A stretch of 64,000 nt of DNA from the NCBI GenBank assembly GCA_963666055.2, contig CAXWPH010000015.1:1376001-1440000 (forward strand). Direction: 5' to 3'. Below the pieces are notes generated by a model. It was not told the origin of the DNA and ran no database searches. It was given only the letters and a program-made list of their open reading frames with translations. This DNA is from Acidobacteriota bacterium (GTDB lineage: Bacteria > Acidobacteriota > UBA890 > WLXD01). The translations under genes were made by a program, and so were the position numbers. Each line of letters starts with the position of its first letter. Positions within the stretch are counted from its first letter, which is position 1. Of the stretch, positions 1-10,324 are shown in pieces.

Positions 1-313
1 GAACGGCGGACTTGGTGCCGAATTCATAGCGAAGAGGATCGGTTCCGCCCCACGCCCAAGGTCGAATGACGTGGATCCACATGTCGATTGCTCTTTCACG
101 CATAACCCGTGGCAAAATCAGGTAGAAGCGTTCTCTACGGACGTGATTGAGCATGTCAACGGTGGCATAGGGATTGCCGTCATCGAAGGTGCCGTAGTTC
201 GCATCGTCGATGTTTGCCATGACATCGTCATACTGTTCGCCATATTGCGCAGTGGAGCCTTCAACAAACGAAAGTGTGAGCAAGAGTGTCAATACGGCTG
301 TGGCTTTACACAT
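1..313 (-). CDS. 5' part of an exported M24-family (Xaa-Pro aminopeptidase-like) protein, runs off the window edge
   Basis: Manual translation from ATG at 313: MCKATAVLTLLLTLSFVEGSTAQ (signal peptide) ... RRERFYLILPRVMRERAIDMWIHVIR ... DPLRYEFG, which resembles the N-terminus of M24 peptidases. Not in the ORF track because it is truncated. Confidence 0.55.
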   Translation of the reverse strand, partial: MCKATAVLTLLLTLSFVEGSTAQYGEQYDDVMANIDDANYGTFDDGNPYATVDMLNHVRRERFYLILPRVMRERAIDMWIHVIRPWAWGGTDPLRYEFGTKSAV

Positions 314-385
314 GGGTTGGTTTCCGTAGCGAATGACGCGAGCTCCTAGGACGGTTGGAGACAACTAGCTCGACACGGCGTTGGA

Positions 386-2119
386 CTAGTTCAGATCCAG
401 GTGCGAGTACTTCTCCAGATGGCGGGTCGGCAGCGTCATCGCGTCGCGGCGGAAGGGCGCCGCCAGCACGTTCTCGCCACCCTCGACGATCGCGTTGATG
501 ACACAAGGCTCGCCGGAAGCCATGGCGTCCCGCACCACGTCCTGGACATCCCGGTAGTCGTCGACGGCGTAGCCCTTGGCGCCCATCGCCTCGGCGAGCT
601 TGGCGTAGTCGGGATTGTCCGGCAGGTCGACGGCGACGAAGCGGTTGTCGTAGAAGTCGATCTGATTCTTCTTCTCGGCGCCCCACTCGTGGTTGTTCAT
701 GACGATCGCGACGACGGGGATGTTCTCCCGCACGGCGGTCATCACCTCTGAGAGGCCGCTGATCCCCCAAGCACCATCGCCCTGCATGGCGAAGACCGGC
801 GCCTGCGGCTTGCCGACCTTGGCGCCCATCGCGCAGCCGTAGGCGAATCCGCAATTGCCCCAGGTGAGCGCGGCGAGGTGCTGCTGGCCCCCCTTGAAGC
901 CGCGCAGGTACCCGTTGGTGATGGAGCAGGTGTTGCCTACGTCGGTGGCGACGAGGGCGTCGTCGGGGAGCGCGAGCTGCAGCTCCCAGAGGAAGCGCCT
1001 GGGGTGCATGAGCGCGTTGGTCGAAGACGACCGCTCCTCGAGCTCGCCGTCCCACTCGGCCTTCTCACGGGCCACGTCGGCGAGGCGGTCTTCGTCTCTC
1101 GGACGGGCGGGTGCCGCTTCCTTCAGCGCCCCGAGTAGCTCCGTGGTGTACTCCTTCACGTCCGCCATCGAGAAGAGATCCGGGATCTTGCTCAGCCCCC
1201 ACTGCTTCGCATCGCGGTCGACCTGGATCAGAACAGCGTCCTCGGGCCAGTACGCCATGTCGTACTGGGGGAGCAGCCCGAACACGCCGAGCCTCGTGCC
1301 GAGCGCCAACACGACGTCCGCCTTGGCGAGGGTGCGCATCGCGGCCTTCGACCCGAGGTAGCCGAGCGGCCCGCAGCCGAGCGGGTGGGTGTAGGGAAAC
1401 GTGTCGTTGTGCAGGTACGTGTTGACCACGGGCGCGCTAAGGTGCTCGGCGAGCGCCGAGACCTCGGCGAGCGCCTCTCCCTGACTGACGCCGCCGCCGG
1501 AGATGATCACGGGGTACGCGGCCCCCTCGAGGAGGCGCACCGCTTCCGCGATGTCCTCTCGGCGCGGACGGCCCGGGCCGAGCGTCGGGGTGGCGAAGAT
1601 CTCCTGCTCAGTATCCCCGAAGAAGTAATCGCGCGGGACGTTGAGCTGCGTCGGGCCGAGCTCGAGCTTGGCGCGATAGAAGCAGCGCCGGGTGAGCTCG
1701 GCCATGCGGTCGGGCCGGTTGACCCTGACCTGGTACACGGTCTGCTCGGCGAACATCGCCATCTGGTCGAGCTCCTGGAAGCCGCCCGTTCCGATTCCGC
1801 CGGAGCCGGCCTCAGGCGTGATGGCGACGACCGGGGAGTGCGCCCAGTACGCGGCGGCGATCGCGGAGACGAAGTTCGCGGCGCCCGGGCCGTTCTGGGC
1901 GAGACACGTCTGAGGCATGCCGGTGACCCTGGCGAGACCGTCGGCGGCGTGCGCCGCGGCCTGCTCGTGGGCCACCGGGATGAAGCGGATGCCCGCATCC
2001 GGAAAGAGGTCGAGCGCGTCCATGAACGCCGAGCCCACGAGCCCGAATACGTCGGTCACGCCCTCCGCGACGAGCGTTTCGACGAGCGCCTCTGAGGGGG
2101 TCATCCTTTGCTTCGGCAT
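386..2119 (-). CDS. xsc: Sulfoacetaldehyde acetyltransferase (ThDP-dependent)
   Basis: MTPSEALVETLVAEGV..GSAFMDALDLF..HEQ; GDGAWG..N ThDP motif; WGAEKKNQIDFY and PFRRDAM are Xsc-type signatures. Confidence 0.88.
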   Translation of the reverse strand: MPKQRMTPSEALVETLVAEGVTDVFGLVGSAFMDALDLFPDAGIRFIPVAHEQAAAHAADGLARVTGMPQTCLAQNGPGAANFVSAIAAAYWAHSPVVAITPEAGSGGIGTGGFQELDQMAMFAEQTVYQVRVNRPDRMAELTRRCFYRAKLELGPTQLNVPRDYFFGDTEQEIFATPTLGPGRPRREDIAEAVRLLEGAAYPVIISGGGVSQGEALAEVSALAEHLSAPVVNTYLHNDTFPYTHPLGCGPLGYLGSKAAMRTLAKADVVLALGTRLGVFGLLPQYDMAYWPEDAVLIQVDRDAKQWGLSKIPDLFSMADVKEYTTELLGALKEAAPARPRDEDRLADVAREKAEWDGELEERSSSTNALMHPRRFLWELQLALPDDALVATDVGNTCSITNGYLRGFKGGQQHLAALTWGNCGFAYGCAMGAKVGKPQAPVFAMQGDGAWGISGLSEVMTAVRENIPVVAIVMNNHEWGAEKKNQIDFYDNRFVAVDLPDNPDYAKLAEAMGAKGYAVDDYRDVQDVVRDAMASGEPCVINAIVEGGENVLAAPFRRDAMTLPTRHLEKYSHLDLN

Positions 2120-2194
2120 CTAGATCTCCATCTGCCAGGTCGTCCGATTCACTGCCATCTACTCTTTCCGCCGCGCCGTGCGGCGGCCATCGCC

Positions 2195-3904
2195 TCATCG
2201 CGTGTAGACCGACCGACCCCGCGAGAATGTCTCCATGATCGGGATGTTCTCGAGCTCGGCCGGATCTGACGTGAGCGGGTTCTGCCCCAGGATCACGAGA
2301 TCTGCCTGCTTCCCCACGGTGATCGAGCCCTTCCGGTCCTCCTCGAAGTACTGATACGCGGCGCCGAGCGTGACCGCGTGCAGCGCCTCCTGGATCGTGG
2401 CGCGCTGATGGGGTCCGAGCACGTGACTGCTGCGGGTCTTCCGGTTCACGGTGATCGAGATCAGGCGCATCATATTCGGCGGGACGACCGAGGCGTCGTT
2501 GTGCACGGTGAAGCTCACGCCCCGGTCGATCGCCCAGCGTACCGGGCTGATGTTGTTCCCGCGCTCCTCGCCGAAGCTGATCCGGTGCCAGTCGCCCCAG
2601 AAGAAGGCGTGCGCGGCGAAGAACGAGGGCACGACGCTCAGCTCGGCGGCGCGGTCGAGCTGGTCGGCGCGCATGAGCTGTGCGTGGATGATCACCGAGC
2701 GATGATCCGGCGCCGCGTCCATGCCGGAGACCGCCTCGTCGACGCCGTCGAGCATCAGGTCCATAGCGGCGTCGCCGTTGGCGTGGGCGAGGAAGGGCAC
2801 GCCCCGCTCGATCAGCGCCGCAGCCTGGGCCTTGTAGACGTCCGGATCCATCGTCCCGTACGCCCGGTAATCCGCCGGCGTCCCGGGCGGTCCTTCCTCG
2901 TAAGGCTCGGTGACCCACGCGGTGCGCCCTTGGGGCGACCCGTCGAGCACGAACTTGACGCCCGCGACGCGGAAGCCGTTTCGGTAGCTCGGCTCGTGCT
3001 GGAGCCGATCCTCCAGGATCGCGCCAGCGCTCGTGAAGACCGCGAGGTCGGCGAGCAGCGGCTCTCGCTCGGCGACCGCGCGGGTCGTCTCGACCATCTG
3101 CGGGCTCGTGCCGCCACCGTTCTGGATCGTGGTGGTGCCGTAGCCGAGATAGACGTCGATCGACGTGCGGATCAGCTCGTCGAATTCCTCGGGCGTCGGC
3201 GACGAGCCTCCGCCGACGAGAAGCCGGCCGGCGCGTTCCTCGAAGACACCGTTCGGCTCCCTCGAGCCCTCGACCCGCCTGATATGGCCGCCCTCGGGGT
3301 CGGGTGTGTCGGCCGTGATGTTGCTCGACGCGAGCGCTGCGGAGTTGGCCGCCCTGAGATGCCCCGACACGTGACCGAGCACGATCGGGTGCTCGGTCGA
3401 AGCGCGATCGAGATCGAAGCGCGTCGGATGGCGTTTCTCGTCGAGCAGCGAGTCGTCGTAGCCCCCTCCGGAGACGACCTCACCCGGCGGGATCTCCTTC
3501 TCCTCGATCCAGCGCCGAATCTTGGCGACGAGCCCGTCGATGTTCGTGACGTCCCCCACCGGCGGGGAGTGGAGCGACAGAGCATCGAGCGCGCGCCCCG
3601 CTCCGAGGAAGTGACCGTGTGCGTCGATGAAGCCGGGTAGCAGCGCACGCTCACCGAGGTCGACGACGCGCGTCGAGGCGCTTTGCAGCGCCATGATCTC
3701 GTCGAGTGTGCCGGCGGCCGTGATCGTCTCGCCGGTCACCGCCACCGCGTCCACGGACGGCTGGGCGGGGTCCATCGTGACGATGTTGTCGCCGAAGAAG
3801 ATTGTGTCGGCCGGCGGCCCCGAGTCGCCCCCGGGTGCGCATCCGCCGGAGCCGACGACGAGCGTGAGCGTGATTACGACGACCGCTCGTCTCGACCTGT
3901 TCAT
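2195..3904 (-). CDS. Amidohydrolase 3 (YtcJ-like), probable lipoprotein
   Basis: PGFIDAHGH, K-F-x-L-DGS-x-QGRTA, HANGD, IIHAQ, GSITVGKQAD; N-terminal hydrophobic stretch ending GGC. Confidence 0.85.
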   Translation of the reverse strand: MNRSRRAVVVITLTLVVGSGGCAPGGDSGPPADTIFFGDNIVTMDPAQPSVDAVAVTGETITAAGTLDEIMALQSASTRVVDLGERALLPGFIDAHGHFLGAGRALDALSLHSPPVGDVTNIDGLVAKIRRWIEEKEIPPGEVVSGGGYDDSLLDEKRHPTRFDLDRASTEHPIVLGHVSGHLRAANSAALASSNITADTPDPEGGHIRRVEGSREPNGVFEERAGRLLVGGGSSPTPEEFDELIRTSIDVYLGYGTTTIQNGGGTSPQMVETTRAVAEREPLLADLAVFTSAGAILEDRLQHEPSYRNGFRVAGVKFVLDGSPQGRTAWVTEPYEEGPPGTPADYRAYGTMDPDVYKAQAAALIERGVPFLAHANGDAAMDLMLDGVDEAVSGMDAAPDHRSVIIHAQLMRADQLDRAAELSVVPSFFAAHAFFWGDWHRISFGEERGNNISPVRWAIDRGVSFTVHNDASVVPPNMMRLISITVNRKTRSSHVLGPHQRATIQEALHAVTLGAAYQYFEEDRKGSITVGKQADLVILGQNPLTSDPAELENIPIMETFSRGRSVYTR

Positions 3905-4032
3905 ATAGCCACCCCGCGATCGGTTTGTCCCGACGGTTCGCCTCGGTGCTCGGCCAAGCGCTTCTCAGCGGACCTCGCATCGTTCGAGGCTCGTGATCGT
4001 ACTGTGCGGCCCGGTCGGGCACAAAAGAACGC

Positions 4033-5466
4033 TCAGTAGCGTCCGAGGCGCTCCCGATACGAGATCAGCTCCTCCTTCAAGACCGGGGCGAGAAGGTAGA
4101 GCCCGGCGAGATTCGGGATCGCCACCAGGAAGATCAGCGCGTCCGACAAGTCGATGAGCGCGCCGAGCTGGATGCTGCTGCCGAGGACGATGAAGAGGCA
4201 GAAGAAGAGCTTGAAGCCGATCTCGACGACCGGACGATGTCCTGCCAGGTAGGTGAACGACTTGAGGCCGTAGTAGCTCCAGGACAGCATCGTCGAGAAC
4301 GCGAAGAGCACGGCGGCGATCGACAGCGGAACCGGCGACCATGACAACGTGCTCGCGAACGCGTCCATCGTCAGCTCGATTCCGCTCACCTCGGTCGACG
4401 CCAGTGCCGGGTCGTAGACCGTCGTCACGATGACGAGCGCGGTCATCGTGCAGATGACGACGGTATCGATGAACGGCTCCAGCAGGGCGACGAAGCCTTC
4501 GGTGACGGGCTCGTCGGTACGCACCGCCGAGTGCGCGATCGCCGCGGAGCCGAGGCCGGCTTCGTTCGAGAAGACTGCACGCCGGAAGCCGACGATCATG
4601 ACGCCGATCAGGCCGCCGGCGATCGATTCCGGCGCGAACGCGCCCTGCCAGATCTGGCCCACCGCCCTGGGCAGCTGCTCGAAGTTGAGAACCAAGATGA
4701 GCAGCGCCGAGAGCAGGTACAGCACTGCCATGAACGGGACGAGCTTCGACGTGGTTCTGGCGATGCTCTGGATGCCACCGAAGATCACCAGCGCCACGAC
4801 GACCGCCATCGCGAGGCCCAGCAACCAGGCCCTGCCGAAGAAGAAGCTGTCCGCGCCTCCGGTGACGTCGATCACGATCGCCGCGGCCTGGTTGGACTGG
4901 AACATGTTGCCGATTCCGAGGCACCCGACGACCATCGCGGCTGCGTAGAAGATCCCGAGGGCGCGGCCCACACGGGGCAGCTGTCGCAACGCGAGCCCAC
5001 GTTCCAGGAAGTACATCGGTCCGCCGCTGACCGAGCGGTCCTCGTGCTCGTGCCTGAACTTCACCGCCAGGGTGCACTCGGCGAATTTGGTGCTCATCCC
5101 GAGCAGGCCGGCGATGATCATCCATAGTGTCGCGCCCGGCCCACCGACCGAGATCGCCACCGCAACGCCGGCGATGTTGCCGATGCCGACGGTGCCGGAC
5201 AGCGCGGTCGCCAACGCCTGGAAGTGCGTGACCTCCCCCGGGTGGAGCGGGTCGGCGTACCGGCCGCTGACCAGGTGTAGTGCGTGTCGGAACCCGCGGA
5301 TGTTGATGAAGCGCAGATAGAGCGTGAAGAAGAGCCCCCCGGCGATCAGCCACGCCACGATCAGCGGTAGCTCGGCACCGGCGACCGGCACGGCGTAGAA
5401 GACGAAGCCGTAGATCGCGTCCGCGAGCGGACGCATGAACTGGTCGATGGTTTGGTCGATGCCCAA
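4033..5466 (-). CDS. Alanine/glycine:cation symporter (AGCS family)
   Basis: FQALATALSGTVGIGNIAGVA, GGPMY, FSNEAGLGSAAIAH; likely TTG start at 5466 behind GAAGGAG. Confidence 0.92.
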   Translation of the reverse strand: MGIDQTIDQFMRPLADAIYGFVFYAVPVAGAELPLIVAWLIAGGLFFTLYLRFINIRGFRHALHLVSGRYADPLHPGEVTHFQALATALSGTVGIGNIAGVAVAISVGGPGATLWMIIAGLLGMSTKFAECTLAVKFRHEHEDRSVSGGPMYFLERGLALRQLPRVGRALGIFYAAAMVVGCLGIGNMFQSNQAAAIVIDVTGGADSFFFGRAWLLGLAMAVVVALVIFGGIQSIARTTSKLVPFMAVLYLLSALLILVLNFEQLPRAVGQIWQGAFAPESIAGGLIGVMIVGFRRAVFSNEAGLGSAAIAHSAVRTDEPVTEGFVALLEPFIDTVVICTMTALVIVTTVYDPALASTEVSGIELTMDAFASTLSWSPVPLSIAAVLFAFSTMLSWSYYGLKSFTYLAGHRPVVEIGFKLFFCLFIVLGSSIQLGALIDLSDALIFLVAIPNLAGLYLLAPVLKEELISYRERLGRY

Positions 5467-5584
5467 GAGCGAGCTCCTTCCCTGAGCTTGGTGGTGCTCC
5501 AGTCGCGACCGAGCGCTCCGTCCCACCGATCGAAGAGAAACGCGGCAAGGGAGCGCTTGCTGAGCTGCTCGAGGAGGTCAGGAA

Positions 5585-5712
5585 CAGTGACGCGTCCGGT
5601 GATCGTGGAGCGTATCGTCACGGACATCGATGCAATAGTCCGCGAGGTTCGGTTCGATGGGTGGCAGAACACGCACGCCGGCGAGCGCGCCGTGAATATC
5701 GCCCTCCGCTAC
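5585..5712 (+). pseudogene. C-terminal remnant of a type I restriction enzyme R subunit (HsdR-like)
   Basis: TRPVIVERIVTDIDAIVREVRFDGWQNTHAGERAVNIALR resembles HsdR C-termini; no start codon or rest of gene. Confidence 0.55.
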
Positions 5713-5972
5713 TCGTAGTGCGTCCACATCCGGAGCACCTTGATCACCTTCTCGTCTGCGACGATCTGGTAGACAAGCCTGTGCTGGATGTTGATCCTCC
5801 GGGAGTAAGCACCATCGAGGTCACCGACGAGCTTCTCGAAACGCGGTGGGGATTGATACGGGTTCTCTGAGAGGATCTCGAGAAGAGCCTGCGTCCTGGG
5901 TTTGAGGCCAGCCGCCGCGAGCTTCTTGGCGTCTTTCTTCGCTGCTTTCGTGTAGACGAGTCGCCAGCTCAC
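5709..5972 (-). CDS. yoeB: Txe/YoeB family toxin
   Basis: PPRFEKLVGDLDGAYSRRINIQHRLVY...RMWTHYE. Confidence 0.92.
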   Translation of the reverse strand: MSWRLVYTKAAKKDAKKLAAAGLKPRTQALLEILSENPYQSPPRFEKLVGDLDGAYSRRINIQHRLVYQIVADEKVIKVLRMWTHYE

Positions 5973-6211
5973 CAGTCGAGCTGTTCCTCGAGCTCGTCAA
6001 CGGGTGTGGCCATACCCTTGCGGATGGACTGGCGCATTCCCGGGATCGATACGAGGTATAGCGTCTCCTGTACCGCGTGCCAGTCGTCCTCGCTGATCAG
6101 TACGGCATTGCCGCGCTTGCCGGTGATCTGCACGGGATCGTGCGATTCCTGCACCTCGTCGATCAGGTTGTAGAGCTTCTTGCGCGCTTCCGTCGCTGTG
6201 ATCGTGGTCAT
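5969..6211 (-). CDS. yefM: Phd/YefM family antitoxin
   Basis: ITATEARKKLYNLIDEV..PVQITGKRGNAVLISEDDW..QETLYL; 4-nt overlap with the toxin gene. Confidence 0.92.
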   Translation of the reverse strand: MTTITATEARKKLYNLIDEVQESHDPVQITGKRGNAVLISEDDWHAVQETLYLVSIPGMRQSIRKGMATPVDELEEQLDW

Positions 6212-6226
6212 TGCGCACCTCTCTAT

Positions 6227-6267
6227 AACGTACGTATTAGCGTACGTTGAAGCTCCACGAATGTCAA
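6227..6267 (-). promoter_or_regulatory. Sigma70 promoter with overlapping palindromic autoregulatory operator of yefM-yoeB
   Basis: Minus strand TTGACA (6267-6262)-N17-TACGCT (6244-6239); inverted repeat AACGTACG-N6-CGTACGTT (6227-6248) covers the -10. Confidence 0.75.
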
Positions 6268-6277
6268 CTCATGAGGA

Positions 6278-6345
6278 TGAGCGGCAACACCAACTTCGGC
6301 GAATGCGCCTGCTTCAATGCGCGCCGGGCGGCCCGGATTCTCGGT
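6278..6345 (+). pseudogene. N-terminal remnant of a MarR-family regulator
   Basis: MSGNTNFGECACFNARRAARIL matches the CxC-x-N-x-RRAAR start of a MarR subfamily, then switches to unrelated sequence. Confidence 0.45.
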
Positions 6346-6469
6346 CAGGCCCACAAGAGCCCCGAGTGGCGGGCCTCGGCCGAGCGGCAGGAGCTGTTCC
6401 TGCTGGCTGGCGCAGCCGGGAAGGTCTGACCTCCGGTCCGCCCGCTCTCGCCTGTTGGCTCTCGTCCGG

Positions 6470-6537
6470 TCCGGCGATAGGCTGCAGGTGCCCAAGCACC
6501 TCTCTCTGGTAGCGCTGGAACCCGGTACTCGACTAGG
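6470..6537 (+). repeat. Remnant of a Ser/Thr kinase gene upstream region and first codons
   Basis: TGGAACCCGGTACTCGACTAGG (6516-6537) matches 27563-27584 at 21/22; preceded by CGATAGGCTGCAGG, similar to 21803-21816. Confidence 0.65.
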
Positions 6538-6558
6538 CCTGCCCTGGAGTCACCCCCC

Positions 6559-8367
6559 GTGAAGCATGTGAAACGGAGCCCGTATGGGTACGCGAAATCC
6601 CGAGCTCGGGTTCTGCTGATCAGCGGATCGCTCGCTGGTGTCCTGATCCTCGCCAGCAGTTGCAGCAACTCCGCCGACACCGTGCTTGAACCGACCGCCC
6701 TCCAGTACCAGGAAGTCGCCTCGGATCTCGAGGAGTCGTGGTACGAGGCATTCACCCTGTTGGATCACTACGCCCAGCAGCAGATCGATGAATGGGCCCT
6801 GCCGGGCATGGCGCTGGCGCTCACCGACGCGGATCGTCTCCTGGGGGTCTGGACCTACGGCTTTGCCAACCTCGATGCCCGCAGCCCGGTGCGGCCGGAC
6901 ACGCTGTTTCTGATGGGCTCGATCGGCAAGTCGTTTACCGGCATTGCCATCCTGCAGGAGCACGAGCGGGGAACGATCGATCTGCACGCCCCGGTGCACA
7001 CCTACCTTCCTTGGTTCGAGATCCAGTCCGATCGGCCACCGATTACCGTGCACGATCTGCTCACCCATACGGCGGGGATTATCGGCGGCTCGGACCTCGC
7101 ACCGCACGGGTACTACGAGGCGTGGGCCCTGCGCCACTCGCGGCTCTCCGCCGGACCGGGCGAGCGCTTCCACTACTCCAACGTCGGGTACAAGACCCTG
7201 GGGCTGTTGCTCGAAGCGGTACGCGGCGAGCCACTCGGTAAGATTCTCGAGGCTGGCATCTTGGAGCCGCTCGGCATGGCAGCGTCGCACGGGTCGATCA
7301 CCGCTGAGACGCGACAGCTGTCCGCCGTCGCCTACCGACCCCTGCACGACGATCGTCCGACCCTTCCCGGGGCGCCCCTTGTCCCGGCCGGCTGGCACGA
7401 ATACGGAGCCGGCGATGGCAGCGTCACGTCGACTCCGGCCGACATGGCCGCCTACCTGCGCATGCTGCTCAACGGCGGCCAGGGGCCCGCTGGCCGGATC
7501 CTGTCCGAGGGCAGCTTTCGGCTGCTTACCAGCCGGTGGACCGAGTTTGCGGAGAACGCCCATTACGGATATGGCCTTAACGTCTTGGAGGCAGACGGTC
7601 GTACGCTCCTGTCTCACGGCGGTGGTCATCTCTCGTTCGTGTCAAGCATCATCGCGGACCTGGATGCGGGGGTGGGTGCGGCGGTGATGATGAACGCCGG
7701 AGGCCCGGCCGGAGCCGTGGCGCGTTTCGCGCTCGACCTGGCCGTAGCGGTTCGCCGTGGCGAGAAGCTACCCGCGTTGCCGCAGGCGCAGGATCGCGAG
7801 CGCATCGAGGACACACAGGAGTACACCGGCATCTACCGATCCGACTCCAGACAGGTGGCGGTCGTAGCGGATGGAGGCAGGCTCTTCCTCGAGGTTGCCC
7901 CCAGCCGCGGCTCCGAGTCCAACTCGGCACCGGAGCGGATTCGCCTGTTGCGCTTGAGGAACGATGCGTTCGTCGTCGACTACCCGGAGTTCGCACGGTT
8001 CCCGCTTGTCGTCGGGCGTGAGGACGGCGCCGTGGTGGAGGCGTTCCACGGCGCCGAGTGGTTCCGCCACGAGCGCTACCGAGGACCTGAGAGCTTCGAG
8101 CTGCCGCAGTCGTGGCGCTCCTACGAGGGTCATTACCGCTCGCACAACCCCTGGATGAGCAACTTCCGCGTCCTGGCTCGCAAGGGGCGCCTCTACCTGG
8201 TCTATCCGCAGGGATCGGCGCAGCAACTCTTCCCCCTCGAGGACGGTGTTTTTGCCGTCGGGAATGAAGACGCCGCAGAACGGATCCGCTTTGGCGCCCT
8301 CGCGGTCGGCAGGGCCCTGTCCGCACGGTACGCGGGGGGCGACTACTACCGGGCGCTCAATCCGTAG
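6559..8367 (+). CDS. Serine hydrolase (beta-lactamase/AmpC-like) lipoprotein with C-terminal extension
   Basis: SxxK (SIGK), LLTHTAG, YSN, HGG motifs; lipobox LASSC. Confidence 0.88.
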   Translation: MKHVKRSPYGYAKSRARVLLISGSLAGVLILASSCSNSADTVLEPTALQYQEVASDLEESWYEAFTLLDHYAQQQIDEWALPGMALALTDADRLLGVWTYGFANLDARSPVRPDTLFLMGSIGKSFTGIAILQEHERGTIDLHAPVHTYLPWFEIQSDRPPITVHDLLTHTAGIIGGSDLAPHGYYEAWALRHSRLSAGPGERFHYSNVGYKTLGLLLEAVRGEPLGKILEAGILEPLGMAASHGSITAETRQLSAVAYRPLHDDRPTLPGAPLVPAGWHEYGAGDGSVTSTPADMAAYLRMLLNGGQGPAGRILSEGSFRLLTSRWTEFAENAHYGYGLNVLEADGRTLLSHGGGHLSFVSSIIADLDAGVGAAVMMNAGGPAGAVARFALDLAVAVRRGEKLPALPQAQDRERIEDTQEYTGIYRSDSRQVAVVADGGRLFLEVAPSRGSESNSAPERIRLLRLRNDAFVVDYPEFARFPLVVGREDGAVVEAFHGAEWFRHERYRGPESFELPQSWRSYEGHYRSHNPWMSNFRVLARKGRLYLVYPQGSAQQLFPLEDGVFAVGNEDAAERIRFGALAVGRALSARYAGGDYYRALNP

Positions 8368-8484
8368 CGGATCGACGAAGTGGGCAAGAAGGGTGCCTGT
8401 CTTCGGTGCCCGGGCTGCACCTTGCCAATTCTCCCGTCGTGGAACTCGAAGACCTGAGCGAAGCGCAAGCCATCCGAGCCTCGG

Positions 8485-9372
8485 TTAGCCCGGCTCCAAG
8501 CCAAGCGCCCACCGGATACCTCCCACCAGGTGAGCTCGAAAAACGGGGTCGCTGCTCCAAATATCGTCGCGGTGGCCAAGCGAAGTGTAGAACGATCGTC
8601 CCTCACCAAAGTCCTGATACCAGGCTTGGGGATAGTCGCCGCCCCGCTCCATATCGTCGAGCCCTTCGAGGTCGGTTCGCTCGGTGTCGATGCTGAGCAA
8701 TACATGCACACGCCCCCGTGACAACCCGAGTGGGATGCGGTTGTCGAAGAGCACGTCCACGTTCTCCTCCGGTCGGTCCGCCGTCCACGCCGCGGTGCCG
8801 TACTGGTAGAATTCGTCGACGATTGGCCAACTGTCTCCCAGCATTCTTGTTGCGGGATGGTCTGAATCCTCGACCTCGAGGACGACAACCCGGTTCTGGC
8901 CGACGGTGCGGCGGAAATAGCCGCCCAGCATCTCCCCAAACTCGGGGTAGTCGTACAGGGTCAGGGCGGCGCAGTGGACTCCGATGAAACCGCCGCCATC
9001 GCTCACGAAGTCCACCAGTGCACTTCTCTGCGAGTTCGTGAGAGGTAGGTTTCCGTTGGTCATCATCATGACCCCGTCGAACTGCGCCAGGTATTCGGCG
9101 TCGATCATCGAGAGATCCAGGCGTTCGGCGTCCTGCAAGTATCCCTTCAGCACAGTGACTTCGAAGCCCGCCTCCGGCCCCCAGGAGGTCACCGCGGTTT
9201 CAGCAGGCCCAAGGCTGCTGTGTTTGTAGTACCCGGCGTGCGTGAGGAAGAGCAGCTTCCTGGATTGTTGCTGAGCGGCCACTTGCTCGCCGAAAAGGGC
9301 AACTCCCGCCACCGCCAGGGCGCAGCAAATCCAGAGTCTTGAGACCGACCCGTGCTTTCGAATCGTGAGCAT
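8485..9372 (-). CDS. ThuA-like (class I glutamine amidotransferase fold) exported protein
   Basis: GGGFIGVHCA, DEFY, GRSFYTSLGH, HLVGGIRWALG; signal peptide. Confidence 0.85.
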   Translation of the reverse strand: MLTIRKHGSVSRLWICCALAVAGVALFGEQVAAQQQSRKLLFLTHAGYYKHSSLGPAETAVTSWGPEAGFEVTVLKGYLQDAERLDLSMIDAEYLAQFDGVMMMTNGNLPLTNSQRSALVDFVSDGGGFIGVHCAALTLYDYPEFGEMLGGYFRRTVGQNRVVVLEVEDSDHPATRMLGDSWPIVDEFYQYGTAAWTADRPEENVDVLFDNRIPLGLSRGRVHVLLSIDTERTDLEGLDDMERGGDYPQAWYQDFGEGRSFYTSLGHRDDIWSSDPVFRAHLVGGIRWALGLEPG

Positions 9373-9491
9373 TGTCGAGGTATCACCAGAAGCTGGAGAT
9401 CGGCAATTGTCAAAAAGGGCCGGCAGGATTGTAGTCGGCAGACGCGGGTGGCTTACAGGGGCAGGGAAAATGCTGGCGGGGCTGATGGGAC

Positions 9492-9685
9492 TTGAAACGG
9501 TTGCTTGCCGCGCTTGGCCAGCATCGAGTGCGGTACCTGATCATTGGTGGCCTCGCGTTCATCTATCACGCCAAGCCCCGCTATACGAGAGATCTCGACC
9601 TGTGGATCGACCCCGATCCGGAGAACGTCGAGCGAGCGAACGCCGCGCTCGCGGAATTCGGCAGTCCTCACCTCCTGTCCGGGCA
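9492..9685 (+). pseudogene. N-terminal remnant of a nucleotidyltransferase (DUF6036-like)
   Basis: VRYLIIGGLAFIYHAKPRYTRDLDLWI..N..ALAEFG; truncated after about 65 codons. Confidence 0.6.
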
Positions 9686-9699
9686 AGCTCCAATCGAGG

Positions 9700-9972
9700 T
9701 CACGTCGAGGCGGCGATGTCGAGCTGACCTGGGGTGACAGCTCCAACAACGAGTCCTACTTCGAAATGCGATGCAAGCCGAAAGGTGGTAAATGGAGCAC
9801 CGTCGCGCGCCCCTATCCGAACGTCGAGCGCGTGACCCTCGACGAGTTCACCGCGGGTACGCGATACAAATGTCGCGTTCGGGCTCGAAACGTGGTCGGG
9901 AATTCAGGGTGGCGCAAGACGAACTTCACGGCCCGACTCGGTGCTTCCCGCGGGTCGGCGAGTCGGAGCTGA
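9700..9972 (+). pseudogene. Isolated fibronectin type III domain remnant
   Basis: VELTWGDSSNNESYF...GTRYKCRVRARNVVGNSGW FN3 pattern, no proper start. Confidence 0.55.
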
Positions 9973-10324
9973 GCAGATCGGCCAGCATCACCTCACGGAT
10001 TTCGCGGGCTCGATCACGTTCTTCAGCGCTTGCGGGGTCGCGCTCGGTGCGAAGTGATCGCCGGGACTCCACCGATGCAAAGCAGCGGTGCTCCGGAAAC
10101 TATGGTCACGAACTGTTCAAGGAGCATTTCTGGGCCGGCTTTGAAGCTCCAGTTGAACGAGTTGTCAGCACCCGTGTGCGGGCCGAGCTCACCCAGATCG
10201 GGGGTTGGCGGTCGGTCGAACGCGCCGGCTGGCGCATCGACTACCGGACGAACACGTACGCCCAGGTCGTAAACGAGTCGCCCGCCTTTGTCCGCCGCCT
10301 GGATCAGCAACGTCAGCCCTACGA

